Below are positions 26,363-39,065 of a DNA stretch of 64,000 bases, piece by piece. This stretch comes from Vicugna vicugna. Taxonomy: Eukaryota. Position 1 is the first letter of the stretch. Each line of letters starts with the position of its first letter. The position numbers and the translations under genes were made by a program. The notes beneath the pieces were generated by a model. It was not told the DNA's origin. It saw only the letters and a list, made by a program, of their open reading frames with translations, and did no database searches. The stretch spans positions 261,061 to 325,060 of the forward strand of contig MU058423.1 of the NCBI GenBank assembly GCA_013265495.1, read 5' to 3'.

Positions 26363-27197
26363 GTAAGTAGTTATGGAAACTACAGTTGTCTTCCACTGAC
26401 TTTAAACAATGCTTTTGTGGTGGGGGGGAGCATATTTCCTGCTGAATAAGTCTTGATCTTACGGGGCTTTGAAGGTTCTTATTATGTGGAGTGGAAGGAG
26501 TAAGGTTTTTAGAGCTAAGTAAACTTGGGTTCAAATTCAAAGTCTAAAGCATACCAGCTGTGGAACACTTTGAGTAAATTAATCAGTTTGAGTTTCTTCC
26601 TCATCTGTAAAGTGAGAATAATATAGTAGGGTGGCTGTGTGAGGATTTTGTGTGTTGAATGCGCAAAGCAATGCTAGATAGAAAGTACAAATAGTACAGA
26701 GTAGCTGAGACAGTAGTGATAAAGGTGTATGGTAGGGAAATAGATTTCATGTTATCTGTTCTGAGATTATAATTCTCAGTTATTCTGATTTCCTTGTATT
26801 TTTGACTGCCCTTGGTGAATTTCTCTTTATTTCACTGGTAAAATATTCAGAAACTAACCAAATGGCCACCATTTCTTTCACTTTAGATACTATGCCTTGA
26901 TATGAATATTAGAATGGAATATTCACAGGCTGTTTCTTCTCAGTGAAAGTTTGATAAGAATATGCTTCTATTTCATGAGATTCTCTAGATATCGCTGTGC
27001 ATCATTTCTTATTTTGTTGACTTTCCCAAATCCTTCAATGGATTTCTCCTGAAGGCTTTCTTTACCTAAGCTTGAAGATTTTCATTTCTTGCACTGCCTT
27101 TCTTTGTATGTTGAACCAAAGGCTTTACTTTCATATTTAGTAGCTATTTGACTTTGGTTTTAGCCATCACCAGAAACCTCTGATTCAGGAGGCTAGA

Positions 27198-27260
27198 TTA
27201 TGTTATGTTATATTATGTTACGTTACATTATGTTACGTTATGTTATTTATTTATTTATTT
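27198..27260. repeat. (TTATG/TTACG)n pentamer repeat followed by (TTTA)n, just upstream of an ST7L acceptor
   Basis: Direct reading. Confidence 0.85.
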
Positions 27261-27296
27261 AAATATTCATTTCGTCATTTTGTGATTTTCTTACAG

Positions 27297-27399
27297 ATTC
27301 TCTCCAGAAACAGCCTCCAGAAGAGGATTAAGCACAGCAGAAATTAATGCTGTGGAAGCAATTCATAGAGCTGTGGAATTTAATCCTCATGTTCCAAAA
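27297..27399 (+). CDS. ST7L: ST7L coding exon (probable exon 11), [34 protein letters not shown]
   Basis: ttacag| acceptor, |gtaaga donor; 103 nt. Confidence 0.95.
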
Positions 27400-28269
27400 G
27401 TAAGAAATTGTCTAATGGAAATGTTACTTTTATTTAGTTAATCAAACTGATAACAGTGCATAGACCAAAGTTTGGGTCTCCATAATTTGAGGCAGAATTG
27501 TTTTAGTCTGCTATATTTTGATGCTTAGTGTTTGCCTTAAAGGGGATGTTAAAAGGCATGTAGAAAAGTGGATAGGAGCAGTATTTCACTATAGGTTTTA
27601 TCATTGCTGTCAAAATAAAATTTGAAGTGTGTTTACTTAGCTGTTCCTTTTGCTATAGTTATAGAGAAGAGATAAAATGACTTGGTCCTACTAAAAGATC
27701 ATTCTTATTTCAGATCACCAAATTAAATTTCCTATTACTGTTAAAGCTTTTTATATCTAGACAGATGCCTGGGTTTTGAATGAGGGCTGGGTAGACAAAG
27801 ACTGAAGACAAATACACTAAAGTAATCAATAATAGGAAACAGGTGTGGAAGTTCCCAGAAAAACTGTTGAGTTGATGTTATTTAGTTATTTAGTCCCAGA
27901 TGAAACTGTATTCATCTCATTTGTCTTTATATTGTACACCTTGCAGACGCACAGATTATCACCCAAGATTAAATTTGGGGTTTTAAAAACAATGCCCCAA
28001 GTTAGGAAGTACAGAATATTCCAGAATATGCCTTTATTACAAAATGTAATTGTAACTATTGATTCCCATATAGTGTCTGTTAGTAGAATTTGGAATCTAG
28101 TAAACATTAAAGGATTAATCCCTAAAAGATAATCTCCAAGAAACAGAAATTGAAAGTCTGTTAGAGTAGGTAAAGACAGAGTGAAGAATATTACTGAAGT
28201 CTAAGTATGAGAGTCAACAAATGTTTATACCATTCTCTTACTAAGTGACATTGGTTCTACACATTCAAA

Positions 28270-30293
28270 TAAAATTTTTATTATGAATTGCATTACATAT
28301 ACAGCAAAGTGTAAAAGACAGAAATGTGTATCTTAATGATTTATTATAAAGCAAATGCATGGAAACTCCCACTGAGGTCAAGAAACAACATTCTCAGCCC
28401 CCAGAAACCCATCTGCCCTTTCCCTGTTACAACTTCTTCCCTCCTGCCTAAAAGTTACCATTAATGCCATTCTGACATTAATTATGTTCACTTCCTTCTT
28501 TTCTCATATTTTTAGTATATACTTCTCCTTTACTACTGATTTTATAAGACACGTTAAGGAGTAGTCCCTCCTTTATCATTCTCTGGAATGATTTGTGTAA
28601 AAATTAAAATTATTTCTCCCTTCAATAATTGGTAGAATTTGCTGATAAGGCCATCTGATTCTGAAGTTTTCTTTGTGAGAAGGATTTTCTCTATAAATTT
28701 CATTTCTTTAGTTTAATAGTTTAATTGCAGATTCAGTTTCTTTAACCATTCCATACTATTCGCTTTTTTTTGTTTCTTGTGTTAGTTTTTAGTAAGTTGT
28801 ATTTTTCTAGGAATTTATTTCATCAAAATTTTCAAATTTATTGGCATAAAGATTTTATAAAATTTTTCATTACCTTGTTAACATGTGCAGGATCAGTTGT
28901 AATATCCGCTTTTTAATTCATAATGCTGGCTACCTCCCCACCCCCCCTCTATTGGATTCCCCAGGGATTTATCAATTTTATTAGTCTTTGCAAAGAACCC
29001 AGCTCTGGCTTTGTTGATCCTTTCTACTAATTGTTTTCTGGGTCATTCATTTCTGCTCTTTGTGGGCTTCTTTCAACTTTCAACTTCTTTCAACTTTCTT
29101 CGGCCCTATTTTTTTTTTTAATTTCTTGTATCTTCTTATAAAGGTACTTATTAATTTTCAGTCTTTCTTCTTTCTAATATATCCATTTAAGTCTATAAAC
29201 CACACTCTAAGTACAATTTTAACTGCATAGTATAGCATTATTTTTTATGTAATTTAGTTCAAAATATTTTCTGATTTCCATGATGACTTCCTCTTTGATT
29301 TGGAAATTTATTTATTCCACTTAATTGTGTATTTCTTAACTTCCAATCATATGAAGATTATCTTTCTATCAATGATTTCTGGCATAATTGCATCGTGGCC
29401 AGAGAATATTCTCTGTGTGATTTCACCCCTTTGAAACATTTTTCAGTTCCTGAATTTCTGTTTATTTTTCATATCTCCTGTATTATTTATAGTTTCTAAT
29501 TCTCTGCCCAAAATTTAAATATAGTTTTTTTTATCTTTGAGAATGGTCTAAAGTAGTTACCTTAAAGTCTTTCTCAGGTAATCCCAGTGTCTAGAACTTC
29601 TGGATATCTGTTTTTATTATCTGTTTTTTATGCTATATCATGTTCATATTGTCTTGTTTTGTCTTATGCCCAATTTTCTTTGACTACATGCCAGATATTT
29701 TACCTGAAAAATGTTAGAAATAGCTTGAAACCTCAAATAATATTACCTTCCTTCAGAGAGGATTTTCTTTGTCCATAGATGCCTGGAAGAAGCACTAGCA
29801 GGACAGGATCCCCTCAATTCAGTTTCAGGAATTAATGTTTTCTGGTCTATCCAGATGACTTGAAACTGGACTGGGTCCATGAAACTGTTGGGTTTTTTTT
29901 TTCTGGTTCACCCTTATTCCTAAGGTGCAGCCCTTCAGGGTCCCAATCCAGTCCTAAAGGTTTGCCAGGGCTCTCACCCTTGATAGGCCTTGAACTTTGA
30001 TTTTTGTTCCTCTAGTCTTATGAAAGTGGCAAAATGGCTGAACAGCCTTCTAGCCATGTTTTCCAGAATTGGCAAATGTCTCTAGAATAAAAGAAGCTCC
30101 AAGTGTAGCTTACTTTTCTTATTTCTGCCTTCTTTGGACTATGGCCTAGTAATTCTTTACCTTTTTTTTATTTTAATTTTTTTTAAATTGAAGTATAGTC
30201 TGTTTATAATGTAGTGTTAATTTCTGGTGTACAGCATAGTGACTCAAATGTATATATATATATATAAGTGTGTATATATATATATATAATATA

Positions 30294-30341
<48 letters not shown>

Positions 30342-30540
30342 CTTTTCATATTCATTTTCCATTATAGGCTATTACTGGTTATTGAATATAGTTCCCTGTA
30401 CTCTTTACCCTTTGTAAATTCTCTGATATATTTGATTTGATTTTTTAAAATATTTTGACCAGCTTTCCTAGCTGTCTAGGAGGGCTGGTCTGAATTACCC
30501 AGCCTTCCATTATGGGAAGGAGAGTTATGAAAATACTTTT
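28270..30540 (-). mobile_element. Ancient L1 fragments, antisense, with a short younger L1 3'-end insertion at ~30165-30400
   Basis: ttggtagaatttgctgataaggccatctg and other L1 antisense motifs; insert begins ttttaaattgaagtatagt; imperfect TSD tctttacc(t/c)ttt. Confidence 0.7.
30250..30341. repeat. Compound (TA)n(TG)n(TA)n microsatellite
   Basis: Direct reading. Confidence 0.95.
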
Positions 30541-30579
30541 ATATGAAATGCTCTGCTCTCTTGTGCTGCAGAGTTTTTA

Positions 30580-30822
30580 AGAGAATGTATTCTGCAAGTA
30601 AACCGCCTGGGTTTGAATTCTGACTCCGCTACTTCCTAGTTGTATGACCTTGAACAAGTTACTTAACTTCTCTGGTCTTGAGTTTCCTCATGTGTAAAAT
30701 GAGGATAATATTTCCTACCTCTTAGAGTTGTTATTAAGATTAAATGAGTTCACATCTTTAAAGTGCTTAGAAGAGTGCTGGACATGTAATAAGCTTTACA
30801 GAAGTGATTGTTACTGTCATTA
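30580..30822 (+). mobile_element. MIR SINE
   Basis: cctgggtttgaattctgactcc...tgaccttgaacaagttacttaac...tttcctcatgtgtaaaatgagg. Confidence 0.8.
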
Positions 30823-31199
30823 TCCAAGATGAGATGGAAATCTGTTCCTTGTGTGAGGAGATAAGCAGCAGTTATTAATCAGAGCTATTCAAGTCAAATA
30901 AATGATTAAGATGTCTAAAAAAATTTTATTTAATTGCCACTCAAAATGACAAAATATGAACTATCTGCTCCCTATGGTTCTTTTCTGCTTCAGGAGTAAC
31001 AATTCTGATACTGTATGTTGTACTTTGGTTTTCAGAACTACTGCTGGAGGCACTTGGGTGACAGGAGGGTAGTGGAAATCCTAGGCATATTCCAAATTAT
31101 AAAATTAAATTGTTGGATAGGTAATATATATTAATCTCCATATTTAATCTGTCCAAATAATCTATGATGCTTTTAGCAATATTTTTTTCAAGTTAAAAA

Positions 31200-32870
31200 A
31201 CACACATATATACTGAAACTCTACAAAACAATTATGAGAAAAATTGAAGAAGACTTAAATAAATGGAGTTATGTGTACCATGTTTAAGGATTAGAAGACT
31301 CAGTATTGTTAAGATCACAATTATCCCCAAATTGATCTATAGATTCAGTGCAATTCCTATTGAAATCCTAGTAGGCTTGTTTGTAAAAATTGGCCAGCTC
31401 ATCCTAAAATTTAGATGGAAATGCAAAGGATCTAGAATAGCCAAAATAATTTTAAGAAGAACAAAGTTGGAGGATTTATACTACCCAATTTCAAGATATT
31501 TTAAAGCTACAGTAATTAAGATAGTATAATATTGGCTATAAAGATTGAAAATAGAGATTGAAATAGAGATCAATAAAGACATAGCGAATTCTGAAATAAA
31601 CTCACATAATTGTGGTCAGTTGATTTTCAGCAAGAGTTCCAAGGCAATTCAATAGGGAAAGGATAGTCTTTTCAACAGATAGTGCGGGAACAATCAGGTG
31701 TGTATTAAAAAAAAGAAAGAAAGAAAAAGGAACCTAGACCCTTTCCTCATACCATATAAAAAATTACTCACATTGGATCATGGATCTAAAGGTAAGAGGT
31801 AAAATTATAAAATTTCTAGAAGGGAAGATTATCTTTGTGATTTGAGGTTAGACAAAGATTTCTTCAAAAGCATGATCCATAAAAGAAAAAAATTGATAGT
31901 TGGACTGCTTAAAATGTTGAATTTATCATAAAGAAAATGGAAAGTCAAGCCAAAGACTTGGGAGGAAATGCAAGTCTTTTATCTGTTAAAGTTCTATATC
32001 CAAAACTTTTAAAAAAGAACTCATTATAGCTCAATAATAAAAGGACAAACGACTCAATTAAAACTTGGGCAAAGGATTTGAATAGTCACTTCATCAAAGA
32101 ACGTGTATGAATTAGCCATCAAAGAAGGCTCATGAAAAGATACTCAGCACGATTAATCATTGGGAAAATACAAATTAAAATTACAGTGTGATATTACTTT
32201 ATATTTACTAGATGGCTATGCTCACAAAAACTGACAATATCGAGTGTTGGCAAGAATGTAGAGAAAATGCATACATTGCTGCTGGGCATGTGAAATAGTA
32301 ATAGCTATTACTAAAAAAATAGCTACTTTGGAAAACAGTTTTGCAGTTAAACATATACGTACCATAAGATGCATCAAATGCCATTTCTAAGCATCTACCC
32401 AAGAGCAGTGAAAAACCTATGTCTATACAAAGACATATGAAAGTGTTTGTAGCAGTATTATTCAGAGTAGCAAAAAACTTGAAACAATCCAATGACAGGT
32501 TAATGAATAAATAGTGATATATCCATACAATGGAGCACTTTCTAGCACTAAAAACGAACAAACTGTAAGTACATGCAACAACATAGATGAACCTCAAATA
32601 CTTTATACCAAATGAAAGAAACCAGACACAAAAAACAACATAAATGATTCCATTCATATGAAATTTCTGAAGTGGGTAAAACTGCAGACACAAAAAGCAG
32701 ATCAGTGGTTCCCTGGGGCTTGGGGTGGGAATGGGGATTGACTGCAAAGAGGCATAAGGGAACTTTTTGTGGTGATGGTTGCACAATTATATAAATTTAC
32801 TAAAAATCATTGAACTATACCAACAGTGTTGAATTTTGTGCTATGTAAAGTATACTGCAATAAAACTATA
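31200..32870 (+). mobile_element. Old L1 (L1MB/MC-like), ORF2 3' part and 3'UTR
   Basis: ORF 31263..31529 resembles L1 ORF2 (IPKLIYRFSAIPI...LILKFRWKCKGSRIAK); 3'UTR motifs ending caataaaa. Confidence 0.88.
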
Positions 32871-34024
32871 AAATACATAATTTAATTAAATATAAGTATA
32901 CATTTAATAAGTATGTAATATGTATATACTGCAACATTTAAAAATCACTTTTATTTGCAGGTAGAAATTTACGTATTTTCCTCTCAACTAAATGTCAAAG
33001 CCAGTTGACAGTTCAACTCTATCAAAATATCCAACTAAGTAGAATGGTGCTGTAACCTTACATTATTGTTTGTGGATAGGCAGTTTAAGCTAGGTCTTAT
33101 CAAACAGGATAATTATTAAGGTTTTCTGGGGGAAATTTTAATCTCCAACCATTTGCATAATATCCCACTTACATAGCATTAGTATTATATGAAGTGGGAG
33201 AGCTCTGGAATTTGTGGCTATTTTTGCTACAGTTTTACAAGTGATGAAGTATGTACAAATAGTCTCTCTCTCTTTCTATCTATCTGTATATATAAATATT
33301 CTGTTGTGGTCTCTATTCCTGATTCTCTCAGCTGGAGCCAGCAAACATAAAGGGCTTAAGGAATTTTCCTCCTCAAACTTCTATAGTGGGTTGTGATAAC
33401 TTATTTAACCAAATGAACAGTGACATTTAAATATATATATTTATATTTTAAAATCTTTTTTATTCTTACAAATTTATTAGGCAAATTTTGTTGTATGTTT
33501 TATGACTCTTACAGGTAAAATGGCAAGGAATAAAGCTGTTTTAGCAGGAACTATTTTGGCAGCTTTCCACATAACTACAACAGAAGTGGCTTGCAATTTG
33601 TTAAAGCTGGAAGCTATTAGAAGTGCAGTAGAAAAAGATAACATAAATCTCTTCAGACTATGAATTTGCTTTAGATATTTCATCAATATTGATTGCTTAT
33701 ACAGATTTTTTAAATCTACTGAGTGAATTTCAGTGTACAGTAACTATGACAGTGACAGTAAAAATTAGAACAGCATGTTTTCATGTTTTCTGACTTGTTC
33801 TTCATTACCTAAGTATGACTTTGGTTCAACAAACATTTTGTTTTAGTCTCCAAACAAGAAAAATACTGTGTATCTTTCAGCTACTATACAGAAATTATCA
33901 GTTTTGAAAATTTTATAATAGAAAATATTTCATGTATTTTAAATATTCCATAGCATCCTGTTTCAGTCATTCTCATGTCTCATATTTTTTATTATCCAAC
34001 TGTCAAGGTGTTTTATAAAAGATA

Positions 34025-36235
34025 TTCTTTTTTTAACTTGATGTAATTCACATACCATATAATTCATCCTTTTAAAGTATACAGTTCAGTGGGTTTTAGT
34101 ATATTCACACAGTTATACAATCATCACCACTGTCTAATTCTGGAACATATTTATGACCCCTAAAAGAAAATTGTACCATTAGTAGTCACTCCCCATTCTC
34201 ACTGATGACAGTGTTAAGAAAATGAAAAGGCAAGCCACAAACAGGAAAAATTTTTTTTGCAATTTGTCAGAGGACTCATATCCAGAATGTATAAATACAA
34301 AATGACAACTTAATATGAAAAATGGTCAAAAGCCTTGAACAGTTACTTCAGAAAAGAAGATATTAGAATGTCCTAAATTGCAGCAGTATATTTTTTGAAC
34401 CAGCTCCTGGAGTAATGGAAATAAAAGCAAAAATAAACAAATGGGATCTAATTAAACTTAAAACCTTTGCACAGCTAAGGAACAAAAAGACCTACAGAAT
34501 GGAAGAAAATATTTGCAAATAATGAGACTAACAAGGGACTAATTTCCAAATATACAAACAGCTCATACACCTTAATATCAAAAAAAAATAAGCAACCCAA
34601 TCAAAATATGGGCAGCAGACCTAAATAGACATCTCTCCAAAGAAAACATCCAGATGACCAACAGCACATGAAAATATGCTCAACATCACTAATTGTTAGA
34701 GAAGTGCAAATCAAAACTACAATGAGATATCACTTCACACCAGTCAGAATAGCCATCATTAAAAAGTCTACAAACAATGAATGCTGGAGAGAGTGTGGAG
34801 AAAAAGGAACTCTCCTACACTGTTGGTGGGAACGTAAATTGGTGCAGCCACTATATAGGACAGTGTGGAGGTTCCTTAAAACTAAAAATAGACTTACCAT
34901 ATGATCCAGTAATCCCATTCCTGGGCATGTACCCAGAGGAAAATATAATTAGAAAAGATACATGCACCCAGTGCTCATAGCAGCACTATTTACAATAGCC
35001 AAGACATGGAAACAACCCAAATGTCCATTAACAGGTGACTGGATAAAGAAGTTGTGGGATATAAAAGTAAGCCAAAAAGAGAAAGAAAAATGCCATATGA
35101 TGTTGCTAAATCTAAAAAAAAAAAAAAGGACACAAATGAACTACTTATTATTTATAACTTAGATGATTGATTTCTTGAATATGTGTAAGCACATTTGACT
35201 GTTCTTTATGATCGGATTATTCCTTTCTGTTGATTCTTATTGTGTGGTTGGCTTTATTCCTTTGATAACTATGTAAGTTTAAAAAGCTAAAGCTCTAAAC
35301 TGTTTTTTTTACAAAAGATATTAGAATGTCCAATAAACACATATAGAGATGCTCACCATCCTTGATTATCAGGGAAATGCAATATAAAATTATAATCATG
35401 TCTATCAGAATGGCTGTAATTAAAAAGACTGATAAAATGCTGGTAAGAATGTGGAACATTTAGGACTCTAATGTATTGCTGCTAAGAATATAAACTGATA
35501 CAACCACTTTGGAAAACTGTTTGGCAGTTTCTTATAAAGTTAAGCATATACTTCACCCTGTGACCCAGAAGTTCTACTCCAAGGTATACACCCAAGAAAA
35601 TAAAAATTCATTTAGCAATAAAAGGAAAAGAAGTACTGATACAGCAAAAACTAGATGAATCTCAAGAGTATGTAATGAATGATTCCATTTATGTGATGTT
35701 CAAGAAAAGGCAAAAGTGTATATGGAATCTAAAAGAAAGGACACAAATGAACTTACTACAAAACAGAAACAGACTCACAGACATGAAGAACAAACTTATG
35801 GTTACTGAGGGTAAAGGGGCAGGAAGGGGTAAATTGGAAATTTGAAATTTGCTCCTCTTGGGGAGTGATGAAATGTTAGCTATCTTGATTGTGGTGGTGG
35901 TTTCATTAGTGTATACCTGTATTAAAATTCATCAAATTGTACATCTGAAATATGTGTAGTTTACTATACAGAAATCATACCATAATAAAGTTGTTAAAAA
36001 ATAAATAAAAGAGAATAGCAGAATGCAAAAGTAAAACACAGCAAAACAAAAGTGATCTATTGTGCTAGAAATTAGGATATAGTTGCCTCAGGTGGTCAGG
36101 GTAGGGGGATTAACTGGAAAGGACAACTTTTTGAGGTGATGGTGTTGCTCATCTACATTTTTCAAAACTCATTTAACTGCATACTTAAGATATGTGCATT
36201 TTACCATTTTTAAGTTATACCTCAATAAAAAAAAG
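34025..36235. mobile_element. Nested L1 cluster: antisense 3' end (34025-34200), old sense L1, and a younger TSD-bounded L1 insertion (34374-35314)
   Basis: ORF 34668..34904 is the L1 ORF2 C-terminal Cys-rich region ([16 protein letters not shown]); TSD aagatattagaatgtcc. Confidence 0.85.
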
Positions 36236-37949
36236 AATCTGACTCAGCATGGAAAGCACTGTCCAAACGTATCATGCCTTGTAATTAAAACACAATGTCT
36301 GAGTGTCAGGCAACAGTGTTGATTGTTATGGTTACCATTGCTTTATTGCTCTATTACCATTTTTTTCCTGTTTAAGCTGTTCCATTATGTACTCTTCCCT
36401 TGTGAATATTATTTTAGTACTTTAGAATATTTAAGATTTAGGGATTCCTATGTTGAGATGAGGTGAAGATATTGAGACAGTTAGGAAGTAACTAGTTTGA
36501 AATGCTTAATACCTGAGGACAATTTATTTGTGTCATACAGAAGCAGCCCTTGGGGGAAGAGTAAAGCAGAACATTTAAAAGCAAAACAATAATAAAAACT
36601 TGTTTAGTAAATCTCTACAACTTGAGTACACGTTTAGAAATATGTTATCTGTAGCTTTTAAAAATTATTATTTCTTATTTTACAATAAAATTGTTTTTGA
36701 TATTGTACTCCTGAGAAAGTAGACCATGCCAGGAGATTTTTATAAGCACAAGGGGAATTTTAAAAATAAATAATAAATAAAGATAAAATAAAGGTAAAAT
36801 CCATTCTGGTTGATCAGAAATTGAAGCCTGAGGATATTATGAGCCCCATCCATCAGAGAAGATACTACTGTCTCTTTGGCAGCCAGCTTACATTTCTTTG
36901 GCCAAACTATCTATATTAAAGAAGCATATATAAAAGATGAGGGAAATGGGCCCTCGATTAAGCTTCTGGTGGCATAATAGGAGTACAGGGAGAAAAGGAA
37001 AGTGGTATTAAAGTCTGTGACTCAAACTTAGAGCATAGTGAGGCATTTGTCTTTCCATTATATTGTACTGTGGCCCAGGTGGAAGGGTTGAGATATGAAA
37101 TGCTTATCTCTCGAGGTGCTGCTGTGTAGGGTGATGTGGAAAGAAATTTTCCTAAGGCACATGCCCTGTTTAGCCTCCTTTTTTTCCTCCTTTCAGTGTA
37201 AGATCACCTTCCCTTTGCTCCTGAGGCTCTTAGGTAGTATTATGTTTTTCAGTGTATCCATACTGTAGTTCTGTTTACTTTCTGTCTGGGAACTGTTTCT
37301 AGTCTCCCCTCAAATACACCTCCATGTGGACTCTCTGCATTCGGCCTGCCTGTCCAATCTCATAGAATGTGCACTGAGAAAACTAATTGCAGAGATAAAT
37401 TGGCTCTTGGTGTGCATGACTGATCAAGAGCAAAGTACCTTAATTTCAGATGCCTTCAGAGAGATTTTTCTTTAACCTCTGCTTTTAAGAGGAAGATTAT
37501 AAAGCATTATCATTACTTGAGGTCAGAATTATATTGCTTTTGGTCAAAAGCTGTTGTAAGATTTACAAAGTAATAGAAACAAAGTAATCTAAAGATAAAT
37601 GATAAAGATCAAAGCAATTCGAAATTAAAGTGAATTTGAGTGTAAGCATAGGTATGGGTTTAGAGTTATAAAAGAAACCATCAGACCATACATCATTATG
37701 TCTTTTTAACTATATCTTCCAAAGTAGCCTTAATTTTTAATATTTTTACTGAAAAGCAAGAGACTTGAGTAATTATTTGCATATATTGTCCATAGTTGAA
37801 TACTAGTTAAAATTGGCCCAAGCAATTTCTGATTTATTCCACATATAACAGTAAGGTGATTTGAAAGTAATATGGAATATCCTGCAACGCATAATAGGTA
37901 CCAGCCTTGGTTTATGTCTTTGACTGTATTTTATTTGCTGATAATTTCC

Positions 37950-39065
37950 AAATCTGTGTCTTTTAACTCTAGCTTCCTTCCTCATCTCTATCTAGTAGTG
38001 GAAATTTTTACCTGGATGTATGTTGGGTACCTCAGACACTTTAATGTGTCTCAAACTGAATTTTAAAAAAAATTATTTTTAAGACTGTTCTCCAACTTGC
38101 CTCTCCTTCCTTATTTCTATATTTTTGATTTATGGCTTTTTTATACTCTTCTCTAATGAATCCTTACTTCTGCCTTTTCCAAATTACCAATTCATATTAT
38201 AACCTTTGAAACGTCTTTGAGATCTAGCCATCTACTCCATCTCTGCTGTCACTGTCCATTGTGCACCTTCACTACTTGTTTTTTTGAAAGATTATTATTA
38301 TTATAAAATGAGTGCTTTTTAGAAAATTCAGAGCCTTTAGAAGTTTATAAAGTAAAATTCTCCTGTTTTTTCTGTCCCAATTCTACTTCTTTCAAGTAAC
38401 CACTGTTTATGTTTGATGTATATATTTCCAAACACTTTCTGTGCATCTTTAAATATACAGATATATGTATAAAAATACAGTAAGGACAAATGCTTTATCA
38501 TCTTTTGCTTGGACTATTAAAATAGATTCCTCAGTGGTCTCCCTGCCATCAACCCCTCTCTACTCTGGCCATTGCCTTAAAGAGCTCTGCTTGTATCCTG
38601 TTGCCTATGGGATAAGGACCAACCTTAGTATTGCATTATAGAAACCTTCACAGTCTGGGTCCAGTATCTGCCTCCACCCTCACTCCTTGCCACTTCTGCC
38701 TTGCACCTTATCCCCAGTGCTACTATTCCCTAGATTGGCCAGGTCTCATTATGACTCCTTACCTATGTACATATACTCAGTCTCTTCTCCACTTGGCAAG
38801 TTTCTGCTCTTTTTTCAAGATCTTGCTCATCTGTTGCCTCCTTCATAGAAGTGTCTTTCCCATTTTTCCCAACCAGGAGGTAATGGCTCTCTCCTCTGTT
38901 TCTTCATTATCTCTCTCTCTCTCTCTTTTTTTTTTTTTTTTGTCTGTTTGTATGTGTCTCCCTTAGTTCCTTGTGAGATTTTTAAAAAGCAGGACTCTTG
39001 TCTTACTCATCATTTTATGTCTGATACTCTGCTTAGCAAATACAGGCATTTAATAAGTGTTTGGT
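37950..39065 (+). mobile_element. L2 remnant
   Basis: cctcagacactttaatgtgtctcaaactgaa, ggtctccctgcc, and 3' end taataagtgtttggtaaa. Confidence 0.6.

Noticed and set aside
32208..32786. Longest ORF in the track (192 aa, minus strand)
   Set aside because: It is the antisense reading of an L1 3'UTR/ORF2 remnant, low-complexity and rich in F/C/I/L, with no gene features.
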